Assembly (NCBI GenBank): GCA_030141605.1
Contig: JAQGDQ010000560.1
Span: 76,389 to 140,388, forward strand
Direction: 5' to 3'
DNA from: Tubiluchus corallicola
Taxonomy: Eukaryota; Animalia; Priapulida
Length of the DNA stretch: 64,000 nucleotides
Every line of letters starts with the position of its first letter. Within the stretch, counting starts at the first letter, position 1. This document shows, piece by piece, positions 25,104 to 38,231 of this stretch. Below the pieces are notes generated by a model that saw only the letters and a list, made by a program, of their open reading frames with translations, was not told the origin of the DNA and did not search any database. A program made the translations under genes and the position numbers.

Positions 25104-25392
25104 AATTTGACAGGAAACAAGTGTGAAGAGGTTGAAGTTGAGTTTAGATTTGAACCAGAAACCTTTGAATGGCATGATCAGTACAAAATTTGACTGGAAA
25201 CAAGTCTGAAGAGGTCGAAGCTAAGCTTAGATTTGAACCAGAAACCTTTGAATGGCATGATCAGTACAAAATTTGACTGGAAACAAGGGTAAGGAGGTCG
25301 AGGCTGAGTTTAGATTTGAACCAGAAACCTTTGAATGGCATGATCAGTACAAAATTTGACTGGAAACAAGTGTGAAGAGGTCAAGGCTGAGT
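25104..25392. repeat. 83-bp tandem repeat, about 3.5 copies
   Basis: AGATTTGAACC recurs at 25146, 25229 and 25312. Confidence 0.93.
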
Positions 25393-25505
25393 TCAGTTTT
25401 ATCTTAGACCACACTACAGCAAAAACCTTTGTAATTAAGATCATTTACATTTGCTTATGAATTGACTTTACTAGAAACAATTTCTTTATTTTTTTCACTT
25501 TTCAG

Positions 25506-25624
25506 CAAAGCTGGAAGTTACTTGAATAAGAGGTCATTAGAAACAATAGCACAGTCTTGGACAAACTTGAGAGTTCTGTGCATAGGAGGTCCCGGTGTGG
25601 ACAGACAAGGTCTCCTGACAATCG
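25506..25624 (+). CDS. FBXO41: FBXO41-like exon 9 (LRR)
   Basis: YLNKRSLETIAQSWTNLRVLCIGGPGVDRQGL, similar to NRCLQMIGRCWPHLRALGVGGAGCGVQGL. Confidence 0.93.
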
Positions 25625-26831
25625 GTAAAACTTGGCATTTCTATGTTGTTTCACCTAAGATGTCGTAAAATAACTAATGTTGCTCCGTATATACATATTT
25701 GCCGGATAGTGAATACCGGATGTTATCAGATGTTTCTACAAATAGGCATCCGGATTCGAATTACACTCGGATAGACTAGGTAACTGCGAGTCAAATACTC
25801 AAATCAGTTTGGATAGTGAAAAATAGTAAGTGCTTGCAAACATTAGTGTTTTTATTTAGTCTGTCATCTTAAATTATCCAGGCTTATGCACTTCGGGAAT
25901 TATTAAGCAAAACCTGAACAGAAAATTAATTAATAATTGAATGAGAAACAAGAAGATATTTAATTAAATGTGGGTAACTAATATAAATATATGTAAACTT
26001 TGATGTCGTTACAGTTACCGTGGGATTTTTATTCGTAACTTTATGTACTTGTAATTCAGTTTACTGAGTTTGGCAGTACGGGAGATCTTTTGCTACACTT
26101 TAAAGGATCATTTGTTTCTTGCCCTTGCATGAACATGCATCACAGCGGGAGGTACAGCCTTTAGAAAAAGGGTGGGCCCAACTAAAGGCAGAGCCCTGGC
26201 TGCCAATCCATTCTGCTGCATTTTAGACCATTTTTTACTATTTCCTTAAGCAAATGCAGTAGTTTAAAACTCATTATGTCACCTCAAACTTCTGACTCTT
26301 AATTACACACCAATATACTAGTATAAACCCTAGTATGGCATATAATTGCACACAGCGACATCTTTGCCAAAAACTTCAATTATCGCTTAAAGGGCACAAA
26401 CGTTTTTACTCTGAAATCATTAATGCAGAACTTTTTACTCGATATAAATCATTAAAAGCTACAACTAAACGTTCTAAAGCTTATAATTCAGAGAAAATAT
26501 TCACTTGGTGTGCTGTAACTGCTACTATGAAAGGAGGGGGGCCACGTCCCTTGGGCTCACGTCCTAAGTCTGCCACTGCATCATATTACTACATACAAAA
26601 CGGAAAGAAAATGTGCACGAAACTCTCATCAAACACAAACGTAGCCTAAAACGACCTCTGAGCGGGATTTTTTTTGATAATATTTTTTTATTTATTTTCG
26701 ACTGTTAAATTATCGGAAAACCGTTTGCATTGACAGAAAGTGGATAGTGAATATTTGCGAAGTTTTCTAGGCGGGCGAGTAACTAGAGAACTAGCCTGGG
26801 CAGTAAAAATGCGAAAATGCTCTGAATGAAT

Positions 26832-27098
26832 TTTTCCAGTGCTCGCTCATCCATACTGTAACCTGGCCCAGCATTGCTTAACTTCATAGTCAGGCACTCA
26901 TCTATTCCGTGACCTGATTCAGGATTGCTTAACTACATAATCAAGCATCCACCCACTCAGTAACCTGGTCCAGCATTGCTTAACTTCATAGCAAAGCACT
27001 CATCTATTCACTGACCTGGTTCATCATTGCTTAACTTCATAATCAAGCATCTACCCACTCAGTAACCTGATCCAGCATTGCCTAACTTCATAGTCAAA
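26832..27098 (-). repeat. About 51-bp tandem repeat (5 copies) derived from the 5S rRNA internal control region
   Basis: minus-strand unit GAAGTTAAGCAATGCTGGGCCAGGTTACAGTATGGATGAGCGAGC vs 5S GAAGTTAAGCAACGTCGGGCCTGGTTAGTACTTGGATGGGTGACC. Confidence 0.8.
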
Positions 27099-27212
27099 CA
27101 CATTTATAATTACACAATTAAGCCAAAATCTCTGTAATAGAGGAGTGTTCTGTCCTTTGACTCTATGTTGAAACTAGAGTGAAGTATTTAATGTTAAGTA
27201 ATTATGTTTTAG

Positions 27213-27371
27213 TAATATCTTGTCAACAACTGTTTGCTCTGGAATTAGAGAAGGCGCCTGAGATAGACGAGACTGTTGCAGTGTCACTGTGTAATGTTGG
27301 ACTACAGCAGTTACACACTCTTGAGCTGACATTTACGCCTGTAACACCGAGAGCTTTGGTACACCTTTGCA
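27213..27371 (+). CDS. FBXO41: FBXO41-like exon 10 (LRR)
   Basis: CQQLFALELEKAPEIDETVAVSLCNVGLQQLHTLELTFTPVTPRAL, similar to GLKGLEMLVLTATPVTPKAL. Confidence 0.93.
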
Positions 27372-28135
27372 GTAAGTACAGCAAATTTGGATAATCAATT
27401 CAGAGTGTTAAAACTTGAAGTACCTAGCTACTTTGCTACTGAGTGTAATAAAAAATGGTTGATATACTGAATAATTTTTGTATTGGTGCTTCAGGCTGCG
27501 TGTGTTTAGCCTAAGAGTGGCTGAACAAAAACCGTTTTTTTTGCCGAAGTTGAAAAAATGCGACATGGCGCTTGATTTACCGTGTGTCTTAATGTTTCGT
27601 TGATACTGTATCACTTTTATCATTGTCAAAATGATGGTCTAATAAGTCTTTCATTGTTTCGTTGTGCATAGACACAGTTGGTATAGGTCAAAGGTTAAGT
27701 GCACTGCAGCAGCGCATCTTAACTACAATTGTTATGTGACATGCATGTAAAGCATGTTCCATTCTGCTGCATTAGTTCCATAACCTCAGTTGTTTTATGA
27801 GGACTTTGCTTAATTATGCATCAGTCTGTGCGTAGAGTGATTTACTAGCAGGATCTTGGTTAAGAACAAGAAAAAATGAACTAGGTAAGGTTCTAGCTAG
27901 CTGTTAAAACTGTTAGTATTATAATAGCTTGGACTGCGAGATATTGTCAAGTGTACACAAATGTGTTGACTGGTACACTTAACCTTTGACCTTTTCACGA
28001 TCATCATCAATAGCTGGAACTGTGAAAAGGCTTACTTAAAACGAAAGAATTAACTTTTAACAACTAATGCACTGAACTAGTTTCCAAATGGCTTGTACAA
28101 TGTCTTATATCTGTGTCTTAACAAATCAAGCTTCG

Positions 28136-30870
28136 ACTAGAATGGCGCTACTACTAATGTCACTACTAGTATGGCGCTACTACTAATGTCGCTACTAGTA
28201 TGGCGCTACTACTAACGTCGCTACTAGTATGGTGCTACTACTAACGTCGCTACTAGTATGGTGCTACTACTAACGCCACTACTAGTATGGCCCTACTACT
28301 AATGTCACTACTAGTATGGTGCTACTACTAATGTCACTACTAGTATGGCGCTACTACTAATGTCGCTACTAGTATGGCGCTACTACTAATGTCGCTACTA
28401 GTATGGCGCTACTACTAATGTCGCTACTAGTATGGCGCTACTACTAATGTCACTACTAGTATGGTGCTACTACTAATGTCACTACTAGTATGGCGCTACT
28501 ACTAATGTCGCTACTAGTATGGCGCTACTACTAACGTCGCTACTAGTATGGTGCTACTACTAATGCCACTACTAGTATGGCCCTACTACTAATGTCACTA
28601 CTAGTATGGTGCTACTACTAATGTCACTACTAGTATGGCGCTACTACTAATGTCGCTACTAGTATGGCGCTACTACTAATGTCGCTACTAGTATGGCGCT
28701 ACTACTAATGTCGCTACTAGTATGGCGCTACTACTAATGTCGCTACTAGTATGGCGCTACTACTAATGTCACTACTAGTATGGCGCTACTACTAACGCCA
28801 CTACTAGTATGGCCCTACTACTAATGTCACTACTAGTATGGTGCTACTACTAATGTCACTACTAGTATGGTGCTACTACTAATGTCGCTACTAGTATGAC
28901 GCTACTACTAATGTCGCTACTAGTATGGCGCTACTACTAATGTCGCTACTAATGGCGCTACTACTAATGTCGCTACTAGTATGGCGCTACTACTAATGTC
29001 ACTACTAGTATGGCGCTACTACTAATGTCGCTACTAGTATGGCGCTACTACTAATGCCACTACTAGTATGGCACTACTACTAATGTCGCTACTAGTATGG
29101 CGCTACTACTAATGTCGCTACTAGTATGGCGCTACTACTAATGCCACTACTAGTATGGCACTACCAATGTCGCTACTACTAATGTCGCTACTAGTATGGC
29201 GCTACTACTAATGTCACTACTACTAATGTCACTACTAGTATGGCGCTACTACTAATGTCACTACTAGTATGGCGCTACTACTAATGTCACTACTAGTATG
29301 GCCCTACTACTAATGTCACTACTAGTATGGCGCTACTACTAATGTCACTACTAGTATGGCCCTACTACTAATGTCACTACTAGTATGGCGCTACTACTAA
29401 TGTCGCTACTACTAATGTCGCTACTAGTATGGCGCTACTACTAATGTCACTACTAGTATGGCCCTACTACTAATGTCACTACTAGTATGGCGCTACTACT
29501 AATGTCGCTACTACTAATGCCACTACTAGTATGGCGCTACTACTAATGTCACTACTAGTATGGCCCTACTACTAATGTCACTACTAGTATGGCGCTACCA
29601 CTAATTCCACTACTAGTATGGTGCTACTACTAACGTCGCTACTAGTATGGCGCTACTACTAATGTCGCTACTAGTATGGCTCTACTACTAATGTCACTAC
29701 TAGTATTGCGCTACTACTAACGTCGCTACTAGTGTGGCGCTACTACTAATGTCGCTACTAGTATGGCTCTACTACTAATGTCACTACTAGTATGGCGCTA
29801 CTACTAATGTCACTACTAGTATGGCGCTACTACTAATGCCACTACAAGTATGGCGCTACTACTAATGCCACTACTAGTATGGCCCTACTACTAATGTCGC
29901 TACTAGTATGGCGCTACTACTAATTTCGCTACTAGTATGGCTCTACTACTAATGTCACTACTAGTATGGCGCTACTACTAACGTCACTACTAGTATGGCG
30001 CTACTACTAATGCCACTACAAGTATGGCGCTACTACTAATGCCACTACTAGTATGGCCCTACTACTAATGTCGCTACTAGTATGGCGCTACTACTAATTT
30101 CGCTACTAGTATGGCTCTACTACTAATGTCACTACTAGTATGGCGCTACTACTAATGTCACTACTAGTATGGCGCTACTACTAATGCCACTACAAGTATG
30201 GCGCTACTACTAATGCCACTACTAGTATGGCCCTACTACTAATGTCGCTACTAGTATGGCGCTACTACTAATTTCGCTACTAGTATGGCTCTACTACTAA
30301 TGTCACTACTAGTATGGCGCTACTACTAATGTCACTACTAGTATGGCGCTACTACTAATGCCACTACAAGTATGGCGCTACTACTAATGCCACTACTAGT
30401 ATGGCCCTACTACTAATGTCGCTACTAGTATGGCGCTACTACTAATTTCGCTACTAGTATGGCTCTACTACTAATGTCACTACTAGTATGGCGCTACTAC
30501 TAATGTCACTACTAGTATGGCGCTACTACTAATGCCACTACAAGTATGGCACTACTACTAATGTCACTACTAGTATGGCGCTACTACTAATGTCGCTACT
30601 AGTATGGCGCTACTACTAATGCCACTACTAGTATGGCACTACTACTAATGTCACTACTAGTATGGCCCTACTACTAATGTCACTACTAGTATGGCGCTAC
30701 TACTAATGTCACTACTAGTATGGCGCTACTACCAATGTCACTACTAGTATGGCGCTATTACTAATGTCACTACTAGTATGGCACTACTACTAATGTCACT
30801 ACTAGTATGGCGCTACTACCAATGTCACTACTAGTATGGCGCTATTACTAATGTCACTACTAGTATGGCG
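28136..30870. repeat. 29-bp minisatellite, about 94 copies, with a 174-bp higher-order repeat
   Basis: unit ACTACTAATGTCGCTACTAGTATGGCGCT. Confidence 0.97.
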
Positions 30871-30969
30871 CATGTTGTTTCGTTTACTATAAAATTTAAA
30901 TTTCTGATTATCAGTCTGTTTGGAATAAAATCTGGCATTCTGAATGGCTAACCTTAAACATCTTAACAG

Positions 30970-31085
30970 AAAATTGCCGATTGCTGAAAAGATTGTCCGT
31001 AGCGATGGGTATATCCGATTATTTCATCAACCCAGATTCGGCGGAAGCGCAGACGGCGTTCAAGCATATTGTGAACAAATTACAG
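30970..31085 (+). CDS. FBXO41: FBXO41-like exon 11
   Basis: NCRLLKRLSVAMGISDYFINPDSAEAQTAFKHIVNKLQ, similar to IGIADYFKEPSSPEAQKLFEDMVTKLQ (a different frame from the listed ORF 30944). Confidence 0.93.
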
Positions 31086-31783
31086 GTAAGAACACAAGTG
31101 TCATCAAGGTAATTAACAGGTGTAGGATTAATGGCGACGCTTTCCGTTAAAGGATATTACGATGATTAGTAAATAAATGTGGTTTTCATCAACTAACTAT
31201 AGGTAGTGTTGTGAGAGGATATTAGGGGCATTTTTACCAATAGGCTAACTAGGCATTAGCCTAGGGCACCAAATTTTAGGAGCCCAGTGTTAAAAGTTTC
31301 TTATCCTCTTCGAAAAATGCATATTTTTTCATATTCATATAAGGTGCGTGTTTTATAACTCATCACAAGCAGTCCGCTTTCGTGTAAATGCCACATAACA
31401 AACGAGTGCAATTGTTACGTAAAAGTTACTACACCACAAGCAGTTGTACAATCTCACTAGATATAAAGGCGGGCGGATGTTCCCCTGGATGTTAATTAGG
31501 TGACACAATATGAATGCAATGCAATAGTAAATGTAATTATGGACATAGACATAACAAGTAGAAGCGCATATGTAAATAAATGGGATTTACATAAATATAC
31601 GACTTTGGTAAGATACTTTTTAGTATCGATACAAGATTTTTGTATCGCTAATTATCGTTTACCAACACTAGCTGTAGGTAGCTTTAACTACATATGTGGA
31701 TTCTCTTTTATGTTTTTTTAAAACCTTTTCTAGCTTATTCTGTTTTTTAGTGTCACTGTTACAGGTTTTATTCGATTTTTTAG

Positions 31784-31843
31784 GTACTGAGTAAGCAATC
31801 GGGTCTTTGTCAAGTGCTTCACATTCAAACAGACTATGGCTAA
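31784..31843 (+). CDS. FBXO41: FBXO41-like last coding exon
   Basis: tttttag|VLSKQSGLCQVLHIQTDYG*, similar to ALRRRPGFSKILHIKVEGGC*; summed CDS is 2232 nt and in frame. Confidence 0.88.
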   Translation, partial: VLSKQSGLCQVLHIQTDYG

Positions 31844-34178
31844 ATAAACTATGCTAAACGTTTCAAACAGACTACGGCTGGATAAATTATGCTAAACGTT
31901 TCAAACAGACTACGGCTGGATAAATTATGCTAAACGTTTCAAACAGACTACGGCTGGATGAATTATACTAAATGTTTCAAACAGACTATGGCTGGATAAA
32001 TTATGCTAAATGTTTCAAACAGGCGGCGGCTGGATAAATTATGCTAAACGTTTCAAACAAACTGTGGCTGGATAAATTATGCTAAATGTTTCAAACAAAC
32101 TGTGGCTGGATAAATTATGCTAAATGTTTCAAACAAACTACGGCTGGATAAATTATGCTAAACATTTCAAACAGACTACGTCTGGATAAATTATGCTAAA
32201 CGTTTCAAACAGACTACGGCTGGATAAATTATGCTCAACGTTTCAAACAGACTGCGGCTGGATAAATTAAGCTAAAAGTTTCAAACAGACTACGGCTGGA
32301 TAAATTAAGCTAAATGTTTCAAACAGACTACGTCTGGATAAATTATGCTAAATTTTTCAAACAGACTGTGGCTGGATAAATTATGCTAAACGTTTCAGAC
32401 AGACTATGTCTGGATAAATTTTGCTAAATGTTTCAAACAGACTACAGCTAAATAAATTATGCTAAACGTTTCAAACAAACTGTGGCTGGATAAATTATGC
32501 TAAATGTTTCAAACGGACTGCATCTGGATAAATTATGCTAAACATTTCATACAGACTACGGCTGGATAAATTATGCTCAATGTTTCAAACAGACTACGGC
32601 TGGATAAATTATGCTCAACGTTTCAAACAGACTACGTCTGGATAAATTAAGCTAAAAGTTTCAAACAGACTACGTCTGGATAAATTATGCTAAATGTTTC
32701 AAACAGACTACGGCTGGATAAATTAAGCTAAATGTTTCAAACAGACTACGTCTGGATAAATTATGCTAAATTTTTCAAACAGACTGTGGCTGGATAAATT
32801 ATGCTAAACGTTTCAGACAGACTATGTCTGGATAAATTTTGCTAAATGTTTCAAACAGACTACAGCTAAATAAATTATGCTAAACGTTTCAAACAAACTG
32901 TGGCTGGATAAATTATGCTAAATGTTTCAAACGGACTGCATCTGGATAAATTATGCTAAACATTTCATACAGACTATGGCTGGATAAATTATGCTCAATG
33001 TTTCAAACAGACAACGGCTGGATAAATTATGCTAAACGTTTTAAACAGACTGCGGCTGGATAAATTATGCTAAACGTTTCAAACAGACTACGGCTAAATA
33101 AATTATGCTAAACGTTTCAAACAAACTGCGGCTTGATAAATTGTGCTAAATGTTTCAAACAGACTACGGCTGGATAAATTATGCTAAAAGTTTCAAACAG
33201 ACTACAGCTAAATAAATTATGCTAAACATTTCAAACAGACTGTGGCTGGATAAATTATGCTAAACGTTTCAAACGGACTGCATCTGGATAATTTATGCTA
33301 AACATTTCATACAGACTACGGCTGGATAAATTATGCTAAATGTTTCAAACAGACTACGGCTGGATAAATTATGCTAAACGTTTCAAACAGACTGCGGCTG
33401 GACAAATTATGCTAAACGTTTCAAACAGACTACGGCTAAATAAATTATACTAAACGTTTCAAACAGACTGTGGCTTAATAAATTATGCTAAACGTTTCAA
33501 ACAGACTACGGCTGGATAAATTATGCTAAACGTTTCAAGCAGACTGTGGCTGGATAAATTGTGCTCAACGTTTTAAACAGACTACGGCTGGATAAATTAT
33601 GCTAAACGTTTCAAACAGACTGCGGCTGGATAAATTATGCTAAACGTTTCCAACAGACTACGGCTAAATAAATTGTACTAAACGTTTCAAACAGACTGTG
33701 GCTTAATAAATTATGCTAAACGTTTCAAACAGACTACGGCTGGATAAATTATGCTAAACGTTTCAAGCAGACTGTGGCTGGATAAATTGTGCTCAACGTT
33801 TTAAACAGACTGCGGCTAAATAAATTATGCTAAACGTTTCAAACAGACTGCAGCTTGATAAATTGTGCTAAATGTTTTAAACAGACAGCGTCTAAATAAA
33901 TTATGCTAAACGTTTCAAACAGACTGCAGCTTGATAAATTGTGCTAAATGTTTCAAACAGACTACGGCTGGATAAATTATGCTAAACGTTTCAAACAGAC
34001 TGCGGCTTAATAAATTATGTTAAACATTTCAAACAGACTGCAGCTTGATAAATTCTGCTAAATGTTTCAAACAGACTACGGCTGGATAAATTATGCTAAA
34101 CGTTTCAAACAGACTGCGGCTTAATAAATTATGTTAAACGTTTCAAACAGACTACGGATGGATAAATTATGCTAAACA
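31824..34178. repeat. 38-bp minisatellite, about 62 copies, starting inside the last FBXO41 exon
   Basis: unit TTTCAAACAGACTACGGCTGGATAAATTATGCTAAACG. Confidence 0.97.
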
Positions 34179-34837
34179 ATTTTTGCTCAACGCATAGATT
34201 TAAAATTTGTACTATGTTACAAACATGGCAAGCAAGTATTGACAGTAATAAGTTGTTTTTTTCTGTGCTATTTCCGCTGGAGTGGGTGCATTTGTAACAC
34301 ATCGGTAATGATAACTGTTACTTCAATCTTTCCCACTCTAAATTTCTCTCCACAATTCCAAACTGGTACCTATATCAGCAGGGTGCATTACTAATATTGC
34401 ATACTCGTGGCAGGACGGGGTCCTACTCATTATTAAGGATAACCCTACTAGATTGGCAGAGGTGTCTTCACCACGTTTAGAAGTCATACCTCCGCAAGCT
34501 ACACTTTCCTGAGGTCACTCATCATTTACAGAGCGGGCTCGATGTTGCTTAACTAGGTGCACTCGTGACCATTCAGCCATGTCTGTTCAAAGTGCACTGA
34601 TCACACGAGCCTATGTATGGTGCTTAGGTACTGGATAATCATGTCTTTGGTGCCAAAACAGTATTATTATTATTTATTAATTTTCTTGTTTTTTTGTTTG
34701 TATAATTTTTGCATATAATGAGCACTTTACTTATTTTACATGGGCATTGGATAGTTATATTACATTTATATATTTATAAAATATAGTTTATTATGGTTAA
34801 ATATTATGAGCTAGGATATGAGAAGTAAAATTACGTA

Positions 34838-35341
34838 CAGTAGTACCTCTATTTTCGACCATAATTCGTTCCTAAAAAGTGTTTAAAAATCTATTTGGTT
34901 GAGAACTGAATCATTTATTCTCATTAGAAATAATGTAAAAGCAAATAATCCGTTCTCAAGCACCAAATGAACTGTAAAGTATTACTAAAATGAAATATAA
35001 TAATGCAAAAATGTTTATTCAAACAGTAGATATGATATAATTGATATGAAAAACATAATAGAATTAGTTAGAAAGAAAAACATAATTGTTCCTTCATGAA
35101 AAAGCGGAGAAAAATAAACGTAGAAAGCACTTAGCGATATTAGGCGATTCAAATCTTGTGCGTGACTACACTCGGGTGCAATTGGTTACGCTCGGCTCGC
35201 CGCGCATGCATTTATCACGTATTTGGCGGTTGGTCGAGTACCGAAATTCTGGTCGAGAACAGAGACAATTTTAACTAGAATTTTCTGGTCGAAAACCGAT
35301 TTGTACGGGTACGGAGACGTTCGAAAACGGAGGTATTACTG
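34838..35341. mobile_element. pogo-like MITE family B, complete
   Basis: TA|CAGTAGTACCTCTATTTTCGA ... TCGAAAACGGAGGTATTACTG|TA. Confidence 0.88.
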
Positions 35342-35711
35342 TATATTTGAAATTTATTGCCAAGTTTTATATGTCTGACGTACAGAAAATATTGATTACA
35401 TTTAATTAGGTTTTAATATATAAGATCTGAAAACAATTTTACACATTTCTAAGATACTTTTAACGTTTTTACTTTCTTATCACGTTACTTGATATATATA
35501 TGTACATGTTTAACATTTATACATTTTTGCATGTTTAAATAGACCTACTTGAAATTGTTTATGACTTTTTAAATTCAAAAATTAATGTATCGACAATTGC
35601 ATGTAAGTGTCTTCGTAAATTTTGTTTTCACTTGTTGTATGTAGTCTTATTTAAACATTCATATGTTTAGAATGTAGTAATATTGGCTCAGTTTGGCAGT
35701 CTTTCCTTTAA

Positions 35712-36246
35712 AGGAAGACCGGATGTTTGTTTAGACGCAATCTTCTTTTAATTTACTGTCCAAAATATACATTTTCTTGCCTATAAAAGTTAGCAATTGT
35801 TCCTTATATTTGAATAATTAGTTAATTAACGGCAACCAAACACAGCTATTGCTTGCGTCTGAAACTAACCACAGTTTGTGCAATGGCAGGCATCTTTCCT
35901 TGCGCGTCAAGGACATTTGCATAAGTGTTACTGCTTAAAACGTGTGATGTCACGAAAATGAGCTCAACATTATATGACGTCAGAAACTAACACAAGCAGT
36001 TCATGATCATGGTTATCACGGTACCCCCTTCTATTCTTCAGCTAAGCGAATGTGACAAAAAGGTACTGTTGCCAATCTTATTAGATTCACTGAGCCGCGC
36101 ATAGCTTTGGAAGTTTAACGAAATCTGAGTATCCGAGGTAATTAATATTTAATCTAAGCCTTGATTTAAAATAAGCTATTGTAGTTTTCAGTATTTTAGA
36201 GCATTCTTTATTCTGAATTAATGTTACACAAACATCCGGTTTTCCT
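35712..36246. mobile_element. TTAA-flanked (Kolobok-like) MITE family G
   Basis: TTAA|AGGAAGACCGGATG ... CATCCGGTTTTCCT|TTAA. Confidence 0.85.
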
Positions 36247-36559
36247 TTAATGTAGGTTCAGTGTAAATTTTATAACGTTTATAAGTTTAATATACCGTTT
36301 TCATCTCAGCAATGAAGTCCTGTTTTTGCCTTTTTACTATTTTATAGATTTATTTATTCATTTTGATTTATTTATTCGTCCATTTAGCACATACAAAAAT
36401 AAAAGTTATAAAATTACTAATAAACAATGCATTGCCGTACTATGAGCAGAAGAAATTAACTTATGAGCTAAGATCAACATGCATAAGACTAAATTAATGA
36501 CAAATAAACAACAACAACAAATATGTTAAATGGAGCGAAGCAAACAGATGCGAGAAAAC

Positions 36560-36715
36560 GATAATGACTACATTGATGGTGATGATGATGACAGCGATGG
36601 TGACATTAATGCTGATGAGAATGGTGATAGTGATGACGACCATGGTGATATTAATGCTGATCACAATGGTGATGGTGATGACAATGATAATGAATTGATG
36701 CTAATGCTGATAATG
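36560..36715. repeat. Degenerate (GAT)n repeat
   Basis: seen directly. Confidence 0.8.
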
Positions 36716-38231
36716 CTTCGTTAGAATAAACCTTCATCATAATGGACTAACTATGGATGAAGGTAGTTCACAATAAGAAAGTCATATGCATACATGACTG
36801 TTTACGTATAAAATAATGTGGAAGTTGTAGCCTCTGAAATTCAAAGGGGGGTCTTCTGCCCCACTCGCTGCACCAGAAGGCACTGACACTACAGGACTAC
36901 AATAATGATTACCGCATTATTTTAATGTGTACAGTAAATGCAGGTTAAACGGCATAGCAGTTTTAATGGAGTGGCATTTGAGGTTGAGCCCCTTTCGAAA
37001 ATCTGCGCACATCACTGGAAGAGACAACAGTAATTACAGTCAACCTCGAGTATAAGGTACTTGCTTATAATTAATAATGACCACGCAGTAACTAGGCTAA
37101 CAGTGTTTCTAATACACCACAGGTAATTGCTTAATCTGCTCTCTACATAAACAACCATGAATTTGCAGGGACAAAACTATTAGCCTAGGGCGTGGTGGTA
37201 ATAATAATAATAATAATAATAATAACAACAACAACAACAACAATAATAATAGAATAATAGTAATATTATTCTCTTCTAAAGAACTTCGTGCCAATTTCTA
37301 AAAATTTAATTTTGCAAAAAAGGACTCGTCCCTTCAGATGGGTCATACCACAAGCTTCTCGGAGCTCGCTACTCCATGCAGCATTTTATGGTATACTGTA
37401 CAGCCATATAACTAATCATACAATATCTACCATCTATCGGCTATCGTACTTAGTATTGTGCGTACTCTACAGTTCCATCCGATGGAGGTGTGTCTACCAA
37501 GAGCCCTGTGGTATGACCAGTTATTCTCTCAGAGATGCCATCCCCACTTATTACAGAAGCAAAAACTTATTTATATATAAACTTACTTTCCTCAAACAGT
37601 TTGTGGTACGTTAGAATTGTTTATCATTGTTTTCTACACGCATTTGAAACTTTATTCACGTGGCGACATCTCTTGGTTACGAGTTACATATGAACTCACG
37701 ATTCCAGAACTGTTTGTGGTGCGTTACAGTAGCTTAGTATTGGTTGCTACGTATTTTGAAATTTTATTCGTGTGGCGACATCTCTGAGTTAAAGTTCTAT
37801 TTGTGCGCGCATTGGTAAGGCTTTCTGCTAAGTGATGACGTCATTTGTTTTGGTAGCGCAACAAGTAAGGTCTTGGTCTGCAGATCGCATGGTTACGAGT
37901 TCAAATCTCGCGAAAAGTGTATTTTAAAAATTCGTTAACAGTTAGTGAAACTTTGTTTTCTATAATACCAGTCATGTTAATTGTGTCCCCATTTATTGAA
38001 ATAAATAAATAAAAAAAATTCAAAATAAATCAATCGAATAAACCTGTAATTACAGACTGGTATTTACTGACATTTAATTATTAAAACACCAACGTGGTTT
38101 ATTACGTGCAGAGAGCCAATTGTTTTATTAAGAGGTTCAAAAACTGTTCTGCTGGTGTGAAGGAGAAGACTTTTTCTACGATTTGGTACACAATTTTATT
38201 GCAATAGTCTCTGGTTTAATCACGGAAACTT

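Noticed and set aside
26832-27098. Functional 5S rRNA gene cluster
   Set aside because: Units are about 51 bp, lack the 5' half of 5S and are diverged; reported as derived repeats instead.
30944-31150. Listed ORF MANLKHLNRKLPIAEK...
   Set aside because: Wrong frame; the real exon (30970-31085) is in another frame and matches FBXO41.
22635-34178. 29-, 38- and 46-bp arrays as CRISPR or CRISPR-like arrays
   Set aside because: Units are contiguous with no unique spacers, no cas or dedicated RT gene is nearby, and they lie in introns or the 3' end of a eukaryotic gene.
36530-36724. Asp-rich 64-aa ORF as an acidic or biomineralisation protein
   Set aside because: Explained by a degenerate (GAT)n repeat; no signal peptide or splice support.
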